From an uncultured Acidimicrobiaceae bacterium (GTDB taxonomy: Bacteria; Actinomycetota; Acidimicrobiia; Acidimicrobiales; RAAP-2), in the NCBI GenBank assembly GCA_963826835.1, contig CAWGYK010000005.1:3410-67409 (forward strand): 64,000 nt of DNA, written 5' to 3'. Of the stretch, positions 46,958-55,364 are shown piece by piece. How positions within the stretch are numbered: the first letter of the stretch is position 1; the number at the start of each line of letters is the position of its first letter. The notes under the pieces are model-generated. The model did no database searches. It saw only the letters and a program-made list of their open reading frames with translations, and was not told the DNA's origin. The position numbers and the translations under genes are program-made.

Positions 46958-47216
46958 GCCGCGAGCTTACCAAGGGGCCCGAGGAGAACAACGTTTGTGG
47001 CATCGGGCGGGTAGTACTCCCGTCGCCGTCAATGTGCCACTGGGCGGCACTCCGGTCCGGCGTACGAGGGCAGCCTGGTCCGTAGATAAGGCATGGCCTC
47101 AAGGAACGGATCGCGAAGAATCCCGCTCTCTTTTGGCACTGCAATGTCCTGGCTGATGTTGTCGCGACAAGTGCGCTAAAGAGAGTCCTACCTGAGACCA
47201 GTGGCGAGGAGGGTGG

Positions 47217-47951
47217 GTGGAGAACCAAGACCCAGTCGGTCCTGCGAACATTCCATACCAAAGTAACTATCGAATCGTCAGATGGATCGGCGGAACCCAC
47301 GACGCCCATCCGTCCTTTGGGCCTGCCATCTTCACGGCCGCAGCGCTCTACTTCGTGATTCAGATCATCGTGGCTTGGGTGTTCATTCCCAGCTACAGCT
47401 TGGTCTCGAACTCGATCAGCGATCTGGGCGAAACCAGCTGCGGTGGCTATGGCTCTCCGGGGATGTGCTCACCTCGTTGGTGGCTGATGGACTACGCCGG
47501 CTTCCTCTTGCTCGGCTTGATCATGGTGATCGGCTCGGCTCTGCTCTACCACGAGTTCACCGAGAGATCTTCTCGCGAGCGGCGCGCCGCGATGTTCGGA
47601 TTCGGCTTGATGGCATTGGCTGGCCTCGGTTCAATCCTCGTCGGATTCTTTCCCGAGAACGAGAATCGGACGATGCACATCATTGGAGCTTTTCTCGCGA
47701 TCGCGATTGGCAACGTCGCGATCCTCGTGCTTGGGGGCGTACTCACCCTGCCAGAGTCCATGCGGCGCTCCATGCTGATCTTCAGCAGCCTGGCGCTGGC
47801 CGCACTGTTGTGTTTCGCTTCGCATAAGTCGTTTGGCATTGGTCGCGGAATGATGGAGCGGATCGCTGCGTACCCGGTGACGATTTGGTTGATCACCTTC
47901 GGTCTGTACATCTCGCGATTCCACCCGAAGACGTCCAACAAATATACCTAG
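47217..47951 (+). CDS. DUF998-like polytopic membrane protein
   Basis: Six or more hydrophobic segments. SNSISDLGE and HIIGAFLAIAIGNVAIL strings. Start uncertain. Confidence 0.55.
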   Translation: MENQDPVGPANIPYQSNYRIVRWIGGTHDAHPSFGPAIFTAAALYFVIQIIVAWVFIPSYSLVSNSISDLGETSCGGYGSPGMCSPRWWLMDYAGFLLLGLIMVIGSALLYHEFTERSSRERRAAMFGFGLMALAGLGSILVGFFPENENRTMHIIGAFLAIAIGNVAILVLGGVLTLPESMRRSMLIFSSLALAALLCFASHKSFGIGRGMMERIAAYPVTIWLITFGLYISRFHPKTSNKYT

Positions 47952-48082
47952 CACGATGTCAGGTGACTATTGGTCAATCGCTCGGTACGGGGGTGCAAAC
48001 TATGGGTTTACGGATCCCAGAATCGGTGGCGATCAGTGCCCACATCCCGGCATACTGGCCAGCCCCCCGCACCGGGTCAGCC

Positions 48083-48871
48083 TCAAGCGAGGGTGGCAGT
48101 CGTAAGCGTCACGACGAGCGGCCTCGTGACGATGCCGCCAAACTCGGTCCGTATGAGGGACTCCAGCTCGTCGAGGAGACCCGCTCGGGCAGGATCTTCC
48201 ATCATCTGGGTGCCAGAGTACGAGAGCATCAAGTTTCGGTAGTCCGTTGCGCTGTATGTCTGGTTCCAGTCGTACCGACGGACGGCAACAGAGTCGAAAC
48301 GGCGATCTGCGTCCAGCACTGCACGGATCGCTGGATCAACGCTTCCACGAGGCGGGGCAGGGGGTCCCGTGTGTCCCTGTCCATACCGCTCGTATATCGG
48401 CTGACCAGCGGCGAAGAAGCCCGCATCGTCGGGCGAGTCGACTTGGATGAGGTCGACGACCGCCACGAGGCCGCCCGGTCGCAGGATTGCAGCGGGCCGG
48501 TCGGTCTGTGCCTCCTGGGGAATCCAGTGGTAGGCAGTGGCGGAGAACACGGCGTCGGCCTCACCGGCCTTGATCTCCATGACTTCGAAGTCACCGACTT
48601 CTATGCGTAGCCGATCCGAAAAGAGGTTCGAGCGCAACTTAGCGGCCATCTCAGGACCGATCTCGATGGCGAGCACCGACGCTTCTCGGGCAAGGAGATC
48701 CTTCGTGGCCTGGCCCGTTCCGGGACCGACCTCCACGATTTCCGGCTGAGACGGCAGCATCTGAAAGAGGGCGTCGAAGAGGTCGGTGGGATAGGAAGGC
48801 CGCACCTTGTCGTAGATCTCAGCGGCCTCGTTGAACGAAAGTCTGATGTCGTCTGGTCGCACTCTCACCAT
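48083..48871 (-). CDS. Class I SAM-dependent methyltransferase
   Basis: Motif I IVEVGPGTGQAT. LRPGGLVAVV. ATG 48871. Confidence 0.8.
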   Translation of the reverse strand: MVRVRPDDIRLSFNEAAEIYDKVRPSYPTDLFDALFQMLPSQPEIVEVGPGTGQATKDLLAREASVLAIEIGPEMAAKLRSNLFSDRLRIEVGDFEVMEIKAGEADAVFSATAYHWIPQEAQTDRPAAILRPGGLVAVVDLIQVDSPDDAGFFAAGQPIYERYGQGHTGPPAPPRGSVDPAIRAVLDADRRFDSVAVRRYDWNQTYSATDYRNLMLSYSGTQMMEDPARAGLLDELESLIRTEFGGIVTRPLVVTLTTATLA

Positions 48872-48964
48872 CTTGCCCGAGTCGGACCCACTGCCCCCAT
48901 GGTGCCGCATGGTGGCACCCAGTCCCTGCGTTCGGAGACAGACAACTACTCGGTCTACGCACTT

Positions 48965-49579
48965 TCAACACTCGATAGGTCCAAGACCCATGCATATGTG
49001 GTACCTATTCAGAGCACCACACATGCATGTTTCATAGTCGTCGTCGTTGATCGGTGAGTTCCACTGACACGTATTGGCTTCCGAGTTATAGATCATTTCA
49101 CACTCTGTTTCGGAGAAGTCCGGCGTCATCATTGCGCTCCTGAATGCTGCTCGCGACCGTCCAATAGTGGGCGAACCCCCAATCCGCCTTCGTGCGGCCA
49201 ACTCGGGATACATGCGCAGAGGCCTATTTGACGATGCGCTGGTTGCGGAAATGGAGGCCGTCGGCCGTGGCGTCCGGGCGGCCAGCTGAGCAAGGATGTC
49301 GTTGATCTTCCCGTAGCCGGAGGTCTCATCAAACTCCGGCTCGACGACCTTCAGTGCCTTTCCACAGCAGTAATGAGTCTCCCCTGTCAATCTGACAGAT
49401 TTGATCGCGCTCTTAGGCAGGCGTAAAGCCGCGGAGCACAAGCAGCCCCCGACACGGTTGTACGGAGTGACTCGAACTGAGTCCTCGTCACCCTCAATGC
49501 GTTCAATAGTCACCTGAGTGCTGACTTCAGTCTCCGCTGCTAAAAGTTCTTCAAGGTCGATGATGTTCTCGTCCTTCAT
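48965..49579 (-). CDS. Cys-rich orphan protein (204 aa) in the lowest-GC stretch of the window
   Basis: GGAGGGTGCA then ATG 49579. N-terminal acidic domain with GGCLCS and HYCCGK. C-terminal ECEMIYNSEANTCQWNSPINDDDYETCMCGALNRYHICMGLGPIEC. No family recognised. Confidence 0.55.
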   Translation of the reverse strand: MKDENIIDLEELLAAETEVSTQVTIERIEGDEDSVRVTPYNRVGGCLCSAALRLPKSAIKSVRLTGETHYCCGKALKVVEPEFDETSGYGKINDILAQLAARTPRPTASISATSASSNRPLRMYPELAARRRIGGSPTIGRSRAAFRSAMMTPDFSETECEMIYNSEANTCQWNSPINDDDYETCMCGALNRYHICMGLGPIEC

Positions 49580-49908
49580 TGCACCCTCCAGTCCTCTGAG
49601 CCTGTTCGTCGGTAACTCCCAGCAAATTGTAGACCGATCCGTTCGTTAGGCGGCAGGGGTCTCGAATCGCTCAGAAGTCCTCCGCCGACCTACGGGCACC
49701 TGACGCGAAACGACCCGCCGAAGCTGCCCAAGATCGCCGTCGCCTGCCGCTGTGCACAAGCGATCCGCGAGTTCGTGCCCTACCCGACCGTCTTACCGAG
49801 GGCCCCCCACGGCCAGTTCATGCCCACGGCTCCCGAACGGAACAGCAAGACCAGGCATCGCAAGGCTCTCCAGACACTCACTGTTGGCCACAAGGATCCG
49901 AAATTTAG

Positions 49909-50192
49909 TATCCCCGTTGTGCGATATGGGGCAGGGCCTCTGCTCGACCTCGTCCACCAAGATCACGCCCCGGAGTGCCCCGTCTGAACCCGCTTCCCGG
50001 GCGGCGCCGGACTGATGCGCTAGACGGCTGGCGGTGGATCGGACGCCTATCTCCCCGCTACCGGTGGGCAGTGGCCGGTGGGTGCTAAATGGGGAGTCTG
50101 GGGGGGCGAGGTGGGTTTTCGAACCTGGGGCGGTGGCGCGGGTGCAGGGGGTGCGGCGTTTCGAGACCCCTTATCTCCTATCGCTTGAGAAC
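49909..50192 (-). repeat. Copy C3 of the ~270-bp repeat family (reverse orientation) with an IS481-IR-like terminus
   Basis: Its reverse complement aligns with 33177-33456. The outer terminus, AGTTCTCAAGCGATAG on the minus strand, matches 11 of the first 16 nt of the IS481 terminal repeat ATGTCTCAAGACATCG. Confidence 0.85.
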
Positions 50193-50213
50193 TCAAACTG
50201 GCGCCCCCGGCAG
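50193..50213 (+). repeat. Left copy of a perfect 21-bp direct repeat TCAAACTGGCGCCCCCGGCAG (partial tRNA-Arg 3' end)
   Basis: Identical to 51500-51520, which comprises 6 nt of 3' flank plus the last 15 nt of tRNA-Arg. Confidence 0.9.
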
Positions 50214-51499
50214 TGTGTGAATCCAGGACATAGGACACCGTCTCTGGGGATGTGTCAAGACATAGGACACCACCAGTGAAGGGGTGCTCCTGTGGACATG
50301 GGCAGGTTTCTGATCGAGACGCATCTACGGACCGGGCGGCCGATCAAGGAGTTGGCGGCAGCCCATGACGTGAGTGCCCGCTGGCTCTTCAAGCTCCTGC
50401 GTCGCTACCGCCTCGAAGGACCCGCCGGCCTCGAGCCACGTTCCCGGCGGCCGCATCGGTCCCCGACCCGAATCGCCGATCTCTACGAGGACGAGATCGT
50501 GGCGGTGCACAAGGCGCTGGCCGACGACGGACTCGATGCCGGTGCGGCGACCATCCAATGCCACCTGGCCCAGCGCTACAGCCGACCTCCTTCGGTCTCG
50601 ACGATCTTTCGGGTGCTCAAGGCCCGCGGCTTCGTCACCTTCTCACCCCAGAAGCGTCCGAAGAGCTCGTTCACACGCTTCGCGGCCGATCTGCCCAACG
50701 AGTGCTGGCAGGCCGACATGACCCACGTGGAGTTCGGGAGTGGCCAGGTCTACGAGGTGCTCAACATGATCGACGACCACTCGAGGCTGTGCGTGGCCTC
50801 GAGGGCCATGAAGGTGGTCAAGGCCAACGACGTCGTCCGCGTCCTGCACAAAGCGGCCGAGAGCTGGGGCTATCCGGCTTCGTTCCTCAGCGACAACGGG
50901 CTGATCTTTTCCACCGAGCGCCACCACCACGTGGCTGGGGTGACCGAACAAGAGCTGTTCGCGCTCGGCATCGAGGCGAAGCACTCTCGGCCCTACCACC
51001 CCCAGACGTGTGGAAAGGTCGAGCGCTTCCACCAGACCATGAAGAAGTTCTTGGCCAAACAAGACATCAACAGCCCCAAGCAACTCCAGCGCCAGCTCGA
51101 TCGCTTCGGCGAGTACTACAACGAGGAGCGACCGCACCGGGGCATCGGGCGAAAGACACCGGCAGCGGTCTATGGCGCACGGGAGAAGGCGCTGCCCTCT
51201 CCGTCATTCGTCAATGTGGGCGAGAGACGGCTGCGTTTTGACCGGGTGGATAAAGCCGGCCGGATCACGCTTCGCCACCGCGGACGCCTTCACCACATCG
51301 GGATCGGGAACGCCTATGCGGGCTGGCGCGTCGTCATGCTCATCGACGGTCTCGACATCGAGATCGTGGGATTCGACGGCTCGCCCCTGCGTCGCCTCGT
51401 CCTCGACCCGACCAAGAACTATCAGCGCATCCCCTGAGCACCAGCAACGGCCCAGGTCTACGATGTGTCCCAGACGTCGGTGCTCGATGTCTTGAGACA
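50214..51499 (+). mobile_element. IS481-family insertion sequence (1286 bp), apparently intact
   Basis: Termini are TGTGTGAA...GACATAGGACACCG (left) and CGGTGCTCGATGTCTTGAGACA (right), which are imperfect inverted repeats of TGT/ACA type. A second IR-like copy TGTGTCAAGACATAGGACACC lies inside the left end. It carries a single DDE transposase gene. Confidence 0.85.
50292..51437 (+). CDS. IS481-family DDE transposase (HTH plus rve integrase core)
   Basis: WQADMTHV, FLSDNGLIF, SRPYHPQTCGKVERFHQTMKKFL, YNEERPHRGIG. Confidence 0.9.
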   Translation: MDMGRFLIETHLRTGRPIKELAAAHDVSARWLFKLLRRYRLEGPAGLEPRSRRPHRSPTRIADLYEDEIVAVHKALADDGLDAGAATIQCHLAQRYSRPPSVSTIFRVLKARGFVTFSPQKRPKSSFTRFAADLPNECWQADMTHVEFGSGQVYEVLNMIDDHSRLCVASRAMKVVKANDVVRVLHKAAESWGYPASFLSDNGLIFSTERHHHVAGVTEQELFALGIEAKHSRPYHPQTCGKVERFHQTMKKFLAKQDINSPKQLQRQLDRFGEYYNEERPHRGIGRKTPAAVYGAREKALPSPSFVNVGERRLRFDRVDKAGRITLRHRGRLHHIGIGNAYAGWRVVMLIDGLDIEIVGFDGSPLRRLVLDPTKNYQRIP

Positions 51500-51520
51500 T
51501 CAAACTGGCGCCCCCGGCAG
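51500..51520 (+). repeat. Right copy of the 21-bp direct repeat (within and next to the intact tRNA-Arg)
   Basis: Identical to 50193-50213. Confidence 0.9.
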
Positions 51521-51581
51521 GAATCGAACCTGCGACCATTGGATTAGAAGTCCACTGCTCTTTCCGCTGAGCTACGGGGGC
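51506..51581 (-). tRNA. tRNA-Arg (anticodon TCT), CCA encoded
   Basis: Manual fold of the reverse complement: GCCCCCG/CGGGGGC acceptor, GCTC/GAGC D stem, anticodon loop CTTCTAA, GCAGG-TTCGATT-CCTGC T arm. Confidence 0.9.
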
Positions 51582-51704
51582 CTGACCCGCAACACAGCCT
51601 GACATAGCCGCCCGGAGGCACGTGAGCATCCGCCAGCGCAGCGTCGGATGCCTTCGGGACGCGTTCTTTCGACCGCCGGGAGGTGTGCCACACTTGTGCC
51701 CCTC

Positions 51705-51779
51705 GGTGGGCGTAGCTCAGTTGGTTAGAGCGCCAGGTTGTGGTCCTGGAGGTCGGGGGTTCGAGACCCCTCGCTCACC
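51705..51779 (+). tRNA. tRNA-His (anticodon GTG) with encoded G-1; no encoded CCA
   Basis: G-1 plus GTGGGCG/CGCTCAC acceptor, CCAGG-TTGTGGT-CCTGG anticodon arm, GGGGG-TTCGAGA-CCCCT T arm. Confidence 0.9.
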
Positions 51780-51853
51780 CCGATGGTGCCGTGGTGCCCT
51801 CCCGTGGAGGGTCCCGGCACAGACAAGTCGCATGGCCCGGGGGAGGTTCGAGG

Positions 51854-52654
51854 GTGAGTGCTGCGCAGGCTGGCCGGACGGTCCTCGTCACGGGCGCGTC
51901 CTCCGGCATCGGCGCCGCCCTGGCCCGCGCTCTGGCCCACCGCGGTGACACCGTCGCACTGGTGGCCCGGCGCGCCGACAGGCTCGATGCGGTCTTGGCC
52001 GACTGCCGCGCCACCGCACCGGACTCGGCCCGTTGGGCCGCCGACCTCTCGAACCCCGATGCCGCGGCGAACCTGGCCCGCGAGATCTGGGACCACTACG
52101 ACGGGCTCGACGTCGTCGTCAACAACGCCGCCGTCCCGATGCGGCGCCATGTCACCCGCCTGACCATGGCCGAGGTCGAGCGCACGATGCGCATCAACTA
52201 CTTCTCCCCCGTCGCCATCTCGCTGGCCCTCCTGCCCCGCATGCTCGAGCGCGGCACGGGGACGATCGTCAACGTGTCGAGCCTGGGCGGGCGCCTGGGC
52301 ATCACGGCCGAGGCGGCCTACTCCGGCTCAAAGTTCGCCCTAGCCGGCTGGAGCGAGTCCATAGCCGTCGACCTCGACCGGTCCGGCGTCTCTGTGAAGC
52401 TGATCCTCCCCGGTGCCATCGACACCGAGATCTGGGACCAACCCGACAACGACGCGCCGCTCTACGACGGGCCCAAGGAGTCCCCCGACGAGATCGCCGC
52501 CGCCATGATCGATGCCATAGAGAGCGACCGCTTCGAGCACTACCTGCCCGACATGAAGGCCGTCGTAGAGATGAAGACGTCGGACGTCGACGCCTTCCTC
52601 GTCGGCATGCGCGCCCTGAGCGACCCCGACCCGGCGGGCGGAGGGGGTCGGTGA
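51854..52654 (+). CDS. Short-chain dehydrogenase/reductase (SDR)
   Basis: TGASSGIGAALA, NNAA, YSGSKFA. GGGAGG SD before GTG 51854. Confidence 0.85.
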   Translation: MSAAQAGRTVLVTGASSGIGAALARALAHRGDTVALVARRADRLDAVLADCRATAPDSARWAADLSNPDAAANLAREIWDHYDGLDVVVNNAAVPMRRHVTRLTMAEVERTMRINYFSPVAISLALLPRMLERGTGTIVNVSSLGGRLGITAEAAYSGSKFALAGWSESIAVDLDRSGVSVKLILPGAIDTEIWDQPDNDAPLYDGPKESPDEIAAAMIDAIESDRFEHYLPDMKAVVEMKTSDVDAFLVGMRALSDPDPAGGGGR

Positions 52655-53889
52655 AGGCACTGGTTTTCGGCGCCCCGCCGGACAAGGACGAGGTGCGGCC
52701 CACGCCGGAGGACGAGCTCGAGACGATGCTCGCCGGCATCCCCTTCGGCCTGCACGACATCGACGACGCCCGCCTCGTCCGCCCCGACTGGGTGCTGACC
52801 CGGCCGATCCTCGCGGGCATTTGCGGCTCCGACGCCAAGCTCGTCCTGGGCGACTTCAACACCGGCGACATCGACAACCCGATGGCGGCCTTCTCCTCGC
52901 TCCCCCACGTGCCGGGCCACGAGGTGGTGGCCGAAGTCGTCGCGCTCGGGCCCGCGGCCCGCCGCCTGGACGTCGGGCAGCGGGTGGTGCTCAACCCGTG
53001 GCTGACCTGTGGTCCGCGCGGCGTCGACCCACCCTGCCCCCCCTGTCAGGCCGGTGACCTGAGCCTGTGCTGGAGCTTCACCAAGGGCGATCTGGGCCCC
53101 GGCGTCCACGTCGGTGTCATCACCACCGCGCCGGGGGCCTGGGCCGAGCAGCTGGCGGCCCACGACTCCATGCTGATCCCGGTGCCGGACGGCATCTCCG
53201 ACGAGGCGGCGGTCCTGGCCGACCCCTTCTCCGTCTCCTTCCACGCCATCGTCCGCCACCCGCCGCCGCCCGGCGGGCGCGTGCTGGTCTACGGCGCCGG
53301 CGCCCTCGGTCTCACCAGCCTCGCCATTCTGCGCTCCCTCTACCCGGGGGTGGAGGTCGGGGTGGTGGCGCGCTTCGAGGCCCAGCGCGCGATGGCGTCG
53401 GCCTTCGGGGCTTCAGCCGTCTTCGCCCACGAGCCGCGGCTCGCCCTCGTCGAGGCACTGGCCGAGTGGTCCGGGGCGGTCCTGCACGCCCCTCTCGACG
53501 GCCTCCCCGTGACCCACCCGGGTCACATCGACGTCATCTACGACTCCATCGCCAAGGGCGAGACACTCGAGGTCGGAGTACGGGTGCTGGCCGAGCGTGG
53601 ACGTCTCGTCTACACCGGCGTCGCCACCCCGGAACGGTGGGAGTCGACACCCATCTACTTCAAGGAGATCACCATCGCCGGGTCGAACGCGTTCGGGATG
53701 GAGGACTTCGAGGGCCGGCGCCAGCACGCCATCGCCCACTACCTTCAGCTGGTCGACGAGGGCAGGCTCGACATCACCCCCATGCTCACGCACCGCTTCG
53801 CCCTCGAGGAGTGGTGGCCCGCGCTCAAGGCGCTGGCCCGGCAGGACCTGAGCGGGGCGCTGAAGGTGGCCTTCACCCCGAACGGGTAG
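52651..53889 (+). CDS. Zinc-binding alcohol dehydrogenase family (MDR) protein
   Basis: GICGSDAK, PGHEVVAEVVALG, VYGAGALGL. GTGA overlap with the SDR stop. Confidence 0.85.
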   Translation: MKALVFGAPPDKDEVRPTPEDELETMLAGIPFGLHDIDDARLVRPDWVLTRPILAGICGSDAKLVLGDFNTGDIDNPMAAFSSLPHVPGHEVVAEVVALGPAARRLDVGQRVVLNPWLTCGPRGVDPPCPPCQAGDLSLCWSFTKGDLGPGVHVGVITTAPGAWAEQLAAHDSMLIPVPDGISDEAAVLADPFSVSFHAIVRHPPPPGGRVLVYGAGALGLTSLAILRSLYPGVEVGVVARFEAQRAMASAFGASAVFAHEPRLALVEALAEWSGAVLHAPLDGLPVTHPGHIDVIYDSIAKGETLEVGVRVLAERGRLVYTGVATPERWESTPIYFKEITIAGSNAFGMEDFEGRRQHAIAHYLQLVDEGRLDITPMLTHRFALEEWWPALKALARQDLSGALKVAFTPNG

Positions 53890-55294
53890 GGCGCGACGCG
53901 CCCGTTCCGAGGTCGCTGAACTGCTGGTAGCGCGCGGCGGCCGCTTCCACCCAGGCCGGGTCGGGTTCGATCCGGCGGCCCACGGCGGACCAGCGCGTCG
54001 ACTCGTCGAGCGACGTCTCGAGCCCGGCCGCCATGCGGGCGAAGTAGGCCGCGCCCAGCGCGGCGCCCTCCGGGACGGCGACCGTGTCCACCGGGAGGTT
54101 GGTGGCATCGGCCACCGCCGCCATCCACGCCGTCACGCGCGAGCCACCGCCGCTGGCGACGATGCGGGTCGACGTGACCCCGGATCGGTCGAGCATGCGG
54201 CGGACCACGAACCCGCTCGCCTCGTACGCAGCGCGCTCGAGCGCCTCCGCCCCAGATCCGATGTCGAGCCCGTAGACGTTGGAGCGCAGCGTGTGGTCCT
54301 CGAAAGGCGTCCGCTCGCCCCGGACGTAGGGCAGCCAGACGGGGACACGGCCGGGGTTGCCCAGGCGCGGCTCGAGCCGCTCGCGCTCGGGACCGGGGCG
54401 AGGTGTGCCGCGCAGCAGCCGCCGGGCCCAGTCCACGAAGAGGGCGCCTGCGTTGCTCGGACCGCCGATGAGGAAGAGCCCGGGGGTGGTGTGCGGAAAG
54501 CTGATGAGGCCGGGGGCCACGATCCACTCCTCACACACCACCCAGCAGATCAGGGTCGCCCCGAAGATCACGAGGACGTCGCCGGGATGGGTGGCCCCCG
54601 CCACGATCTGGTCGCACAGGGCGTCGATGGTGCCCCCGGTGATGACGGCGTCGCTTCCCGGCAGCGTGCCGGCCGCCTGGCCCATGGGCACCACCAACGG
54701 CATCTGCTCCTCGGAGGCGCCCAGGGCGCCCAGCAACTCCGTGTTCCAGCACCCGCGGGTGTGGAGCAGGCCGAGTGAGGTCGTGACGCCGGTGTCGACG
54801 GCCGGCACGCCCGACAGGGCGTGGGTGGCCACGGCCTGGCAGGGCCAGTAGCCCCGAGCACCGGGCGCCGACGTGGCGGCCCAGCGGAGGAACCCCTCGG
54901 CGTCGGGCATCGTCCCGGGCAGCATCACCCCGTCGTCGGGCGCCGGCTCGCTCGGCTTCCGGCCCTCCCGGTCCCCGTAGAGCAGGCCGGGCAGCACGGG
55001 CACACCCCGCCGGTTGACGGCGGTGAGCGACGGGACCATGGAGGCCACCGCCACCCCGGCCAGTGTGCTTCCCTCCGCATCGAGCTGCGCGGTCACCTGC
55101 TCGAACGCCTTGCGCGGTCCGGCGTGCCAGGCCCGTTTGGCGTCGTGGCGCAGGATGTCGGGCTCGGGCGCCACGACACTGTGGGCCACCCTGCTGCGCG
55201 CCACCACCCGGCCCTCTTCGTCCACGGCCAGCGCTTTCACCGACGTGGTGCCCACGTCGACGCCGACGGTCACCGGTCGCCCGGACGACTTCAT
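53873..55294 (-). CDS. FGGY-family carbohydrate kinase (xylulokinase-like)
   Basis: VGVDVGTTSVKALAVDEEGRVV, GGPSNAG, ASGGGSR. Confidence 0.85.
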   Translation of the reverse strand: MKSSGRPVTVGVDVGTTSVKALAVDEEGRVVARSRVAHSVVAPEPDILRHDAKRAWHAGPRKAFEQVTAQLDAEGSTLAGVAVASMVPSLTAVNRRGVPVLPGLLYGDREGRKPSEPAPDDGVMLPGTMPDAEGFLRWAATSAPGARGYWPCQAVATHALSGVPAVDTGVTTSLGLLHTRGCWNTELLGALGASEEQMPLVVPMGQAAGTLPGSDAVITGGTIDALCDQIVAGATHPGDVLVIFGATLICWVVCEEWIVAPGLISFPHTTPGLFLIGGPSNAGALFVDWARRLLRGTPRPGPERERLEPRLGNPGRVPVWLPYVRGERTPFEDHTLRSNVYGLDIGSGAEALERAAYEASGFVVRRMLDRSGVTSTRIVASGGGSRVTAWMAAVADATNLPVDTVAVPEGAALGAAYFARMAAGLETSLDESTRWSAVGRRIEPDPAWVEAAAARYQQFSDLGTGASRPTRSG

Positions 55295-55364
55295 GAATCT
55301 GACACGCGTGTCATGATGCCGTCATTATGGACGACGCCCGCCGCAAGAGGAGAGTTTCCCCGAC

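Noticed and set aside
50193-51520. Interpreting the 21-bp tRNA-Arg repeats as attL/attR of a tyrosine-integrase island.
   Set aside because: No integrase or excisionase lies between or near them. The interval is exactly one IS481 with its own IRs. Kept only as an open question in findings.
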